Source: Candidatus Woesearchaeota archaeon (GTDB taxonomy: Archaea; Nanobdellota; Nanobdellia; Woesearchaeales; JABIAG01). Taken from it: a stretch of 64,000 nucleotides of DNA. The notes beneath the pieces are model-generated. The model was not told the origin of the DNA. It did no database searches and was given only the letters and a program-made list of their open reading frames with translations. The position numbers were made by a program, and so were the translations under genes. Positions 63,682 to 64,000 of this stretch are shown here, piece after piece. How positions within the stretch are numbered: the stretch's first letter is position 1; each line of letters starts with the position of its first letter. Location of the stretch: positions 634,586 to 698,585 of the forward strand of contig JABIAG010000001.1 of NCBI GenBank assembly GCA_018653365.1, read 5' to 3'.

Positions 63682-64000
63682 ATGTTAAAAGAAAAACAGT
63701 ATCCTGAATTAATTCTGACTTTCACTCCAAATACAATAGAACATTTAGGCGTGAGGATGTATTCAACAGCCCCCCCCGTAATTGCCGAATTGGTAGCAAA
63801 TTCGTATGATGCGGATGCAACCGAAGTCCACATCCATTTAAAAGACAAGGTTAAAAAAGAAATTGTTATATCTGATAACGGCCACGGCATGTCTTTTCAA
63901 GACATTAATGACAAGTTTTTAAGAATTGGAAGAAATCGCAGAACTGAAGAAGAAAGTCAAACATCCCCAAAAGGAAGAAAAGTAATTGGGAAAAAAGGAT
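63682..64000 (+). CDS. GHKL (HATPase_c) ATPase, MORC/MutL-like, N-terminal part only (continues past the right edge)
   Basis: Hand translation: MLKEKQYPEL...VIAELVANSYDADATEVHIHL...ISDNGHGMSFQDINDKFLRIGRNRR. N-box E..N..DA and G1 box DNGHGM. Starts 6 nt after the dcm stop. Confidence 0.7.
   Translation, partial: MLKEKQYPELILTFTPNTIEHLGVRMYSTAPPVIAELVANSYDADATEVHIHLKDKVKKEIVISDNGHGMSFQDINDKFLRIGRNRRTEEESQTSPKGRKVIGKKG

Noticed and set aside
1-64000. CRISPR arrays, rRNA genes, transposases/integrases, prophage structural genes
   Set aside because: I saw no regularly spaced direct repeats. I saw no long GC-rich structured RNA regions, and the only sizeable intergenic region holds a single tRNA. 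No ORF has recognisable DDE/Tyr/Ser recombinase, capsid, portal or terminase motifs.

Overview
AT-rich archaeal chromosome segment, densely coded. By content it fits a small-genome, DPANN-like archaeon. I call about 78 protein genes and one tRNA-Leu(UAG). I found no rRNA, CRISPR array, transposase or integrase. Archaeal markers: ribosomal proteins L44e, L37e (missing from the ORF track) and S8e, an Sm-like protein directly upstream of L37e, GatD, a GINS-like subunit, an EndoQ-like PHP nuclease, an archaeal pilin N-terminus, an S-layer protein, and TATA boxes (consensus near CTTTATAAA or TTTAAATA) about 25-35 nt upstream of many ATGs. Other housekeeping genes: ndk, YhbY, a CPA2 antiporter, PMM/PGM, UppS, a DEAD-box helicase and argG/argH. 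The window is compositionally mosaic. Very AT-rich genes (hand counts of single 60-nt lines about 25-35% G+C) alternate with clearly more GC-rich genes (about 40-50% on spot-counted lines). The GC-rich genes are mostly ORFans or bacterial-type enzymes. Main candidates for something new: (1) an eight-gene, translationally coupled operon at 51372-58050 with three radical-SAM enzymes, an ORFan, a HIT protein, two HD proteins and a NUDIX protein; (2) a minus-strand cluster at 37741-44561 with a MoaA-like radical SAM, an amidinotransferase, two Tmk-like P-loop kinases, a NUDIX-aminotransferase-NUDIX fusion and a B12-type radical SAM, preceded by a possible pseudo-aaRS/wHTH regulator; (3) a Dcm methyltransferase followed by a GHKL (MORC-like) ATPase, next to a HhH-GPD glycosylase-like gene, at the right edge; (4) a receptor-type class III nucleotide cyclase with an in-frame TGA in its signal peptide; (5) a stand-alone micro-operon encoding a 12-aa polybasic and a 23-aa polyacidic peptide. 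All functional calls rest on motifs recognised by eye. No database search was run.
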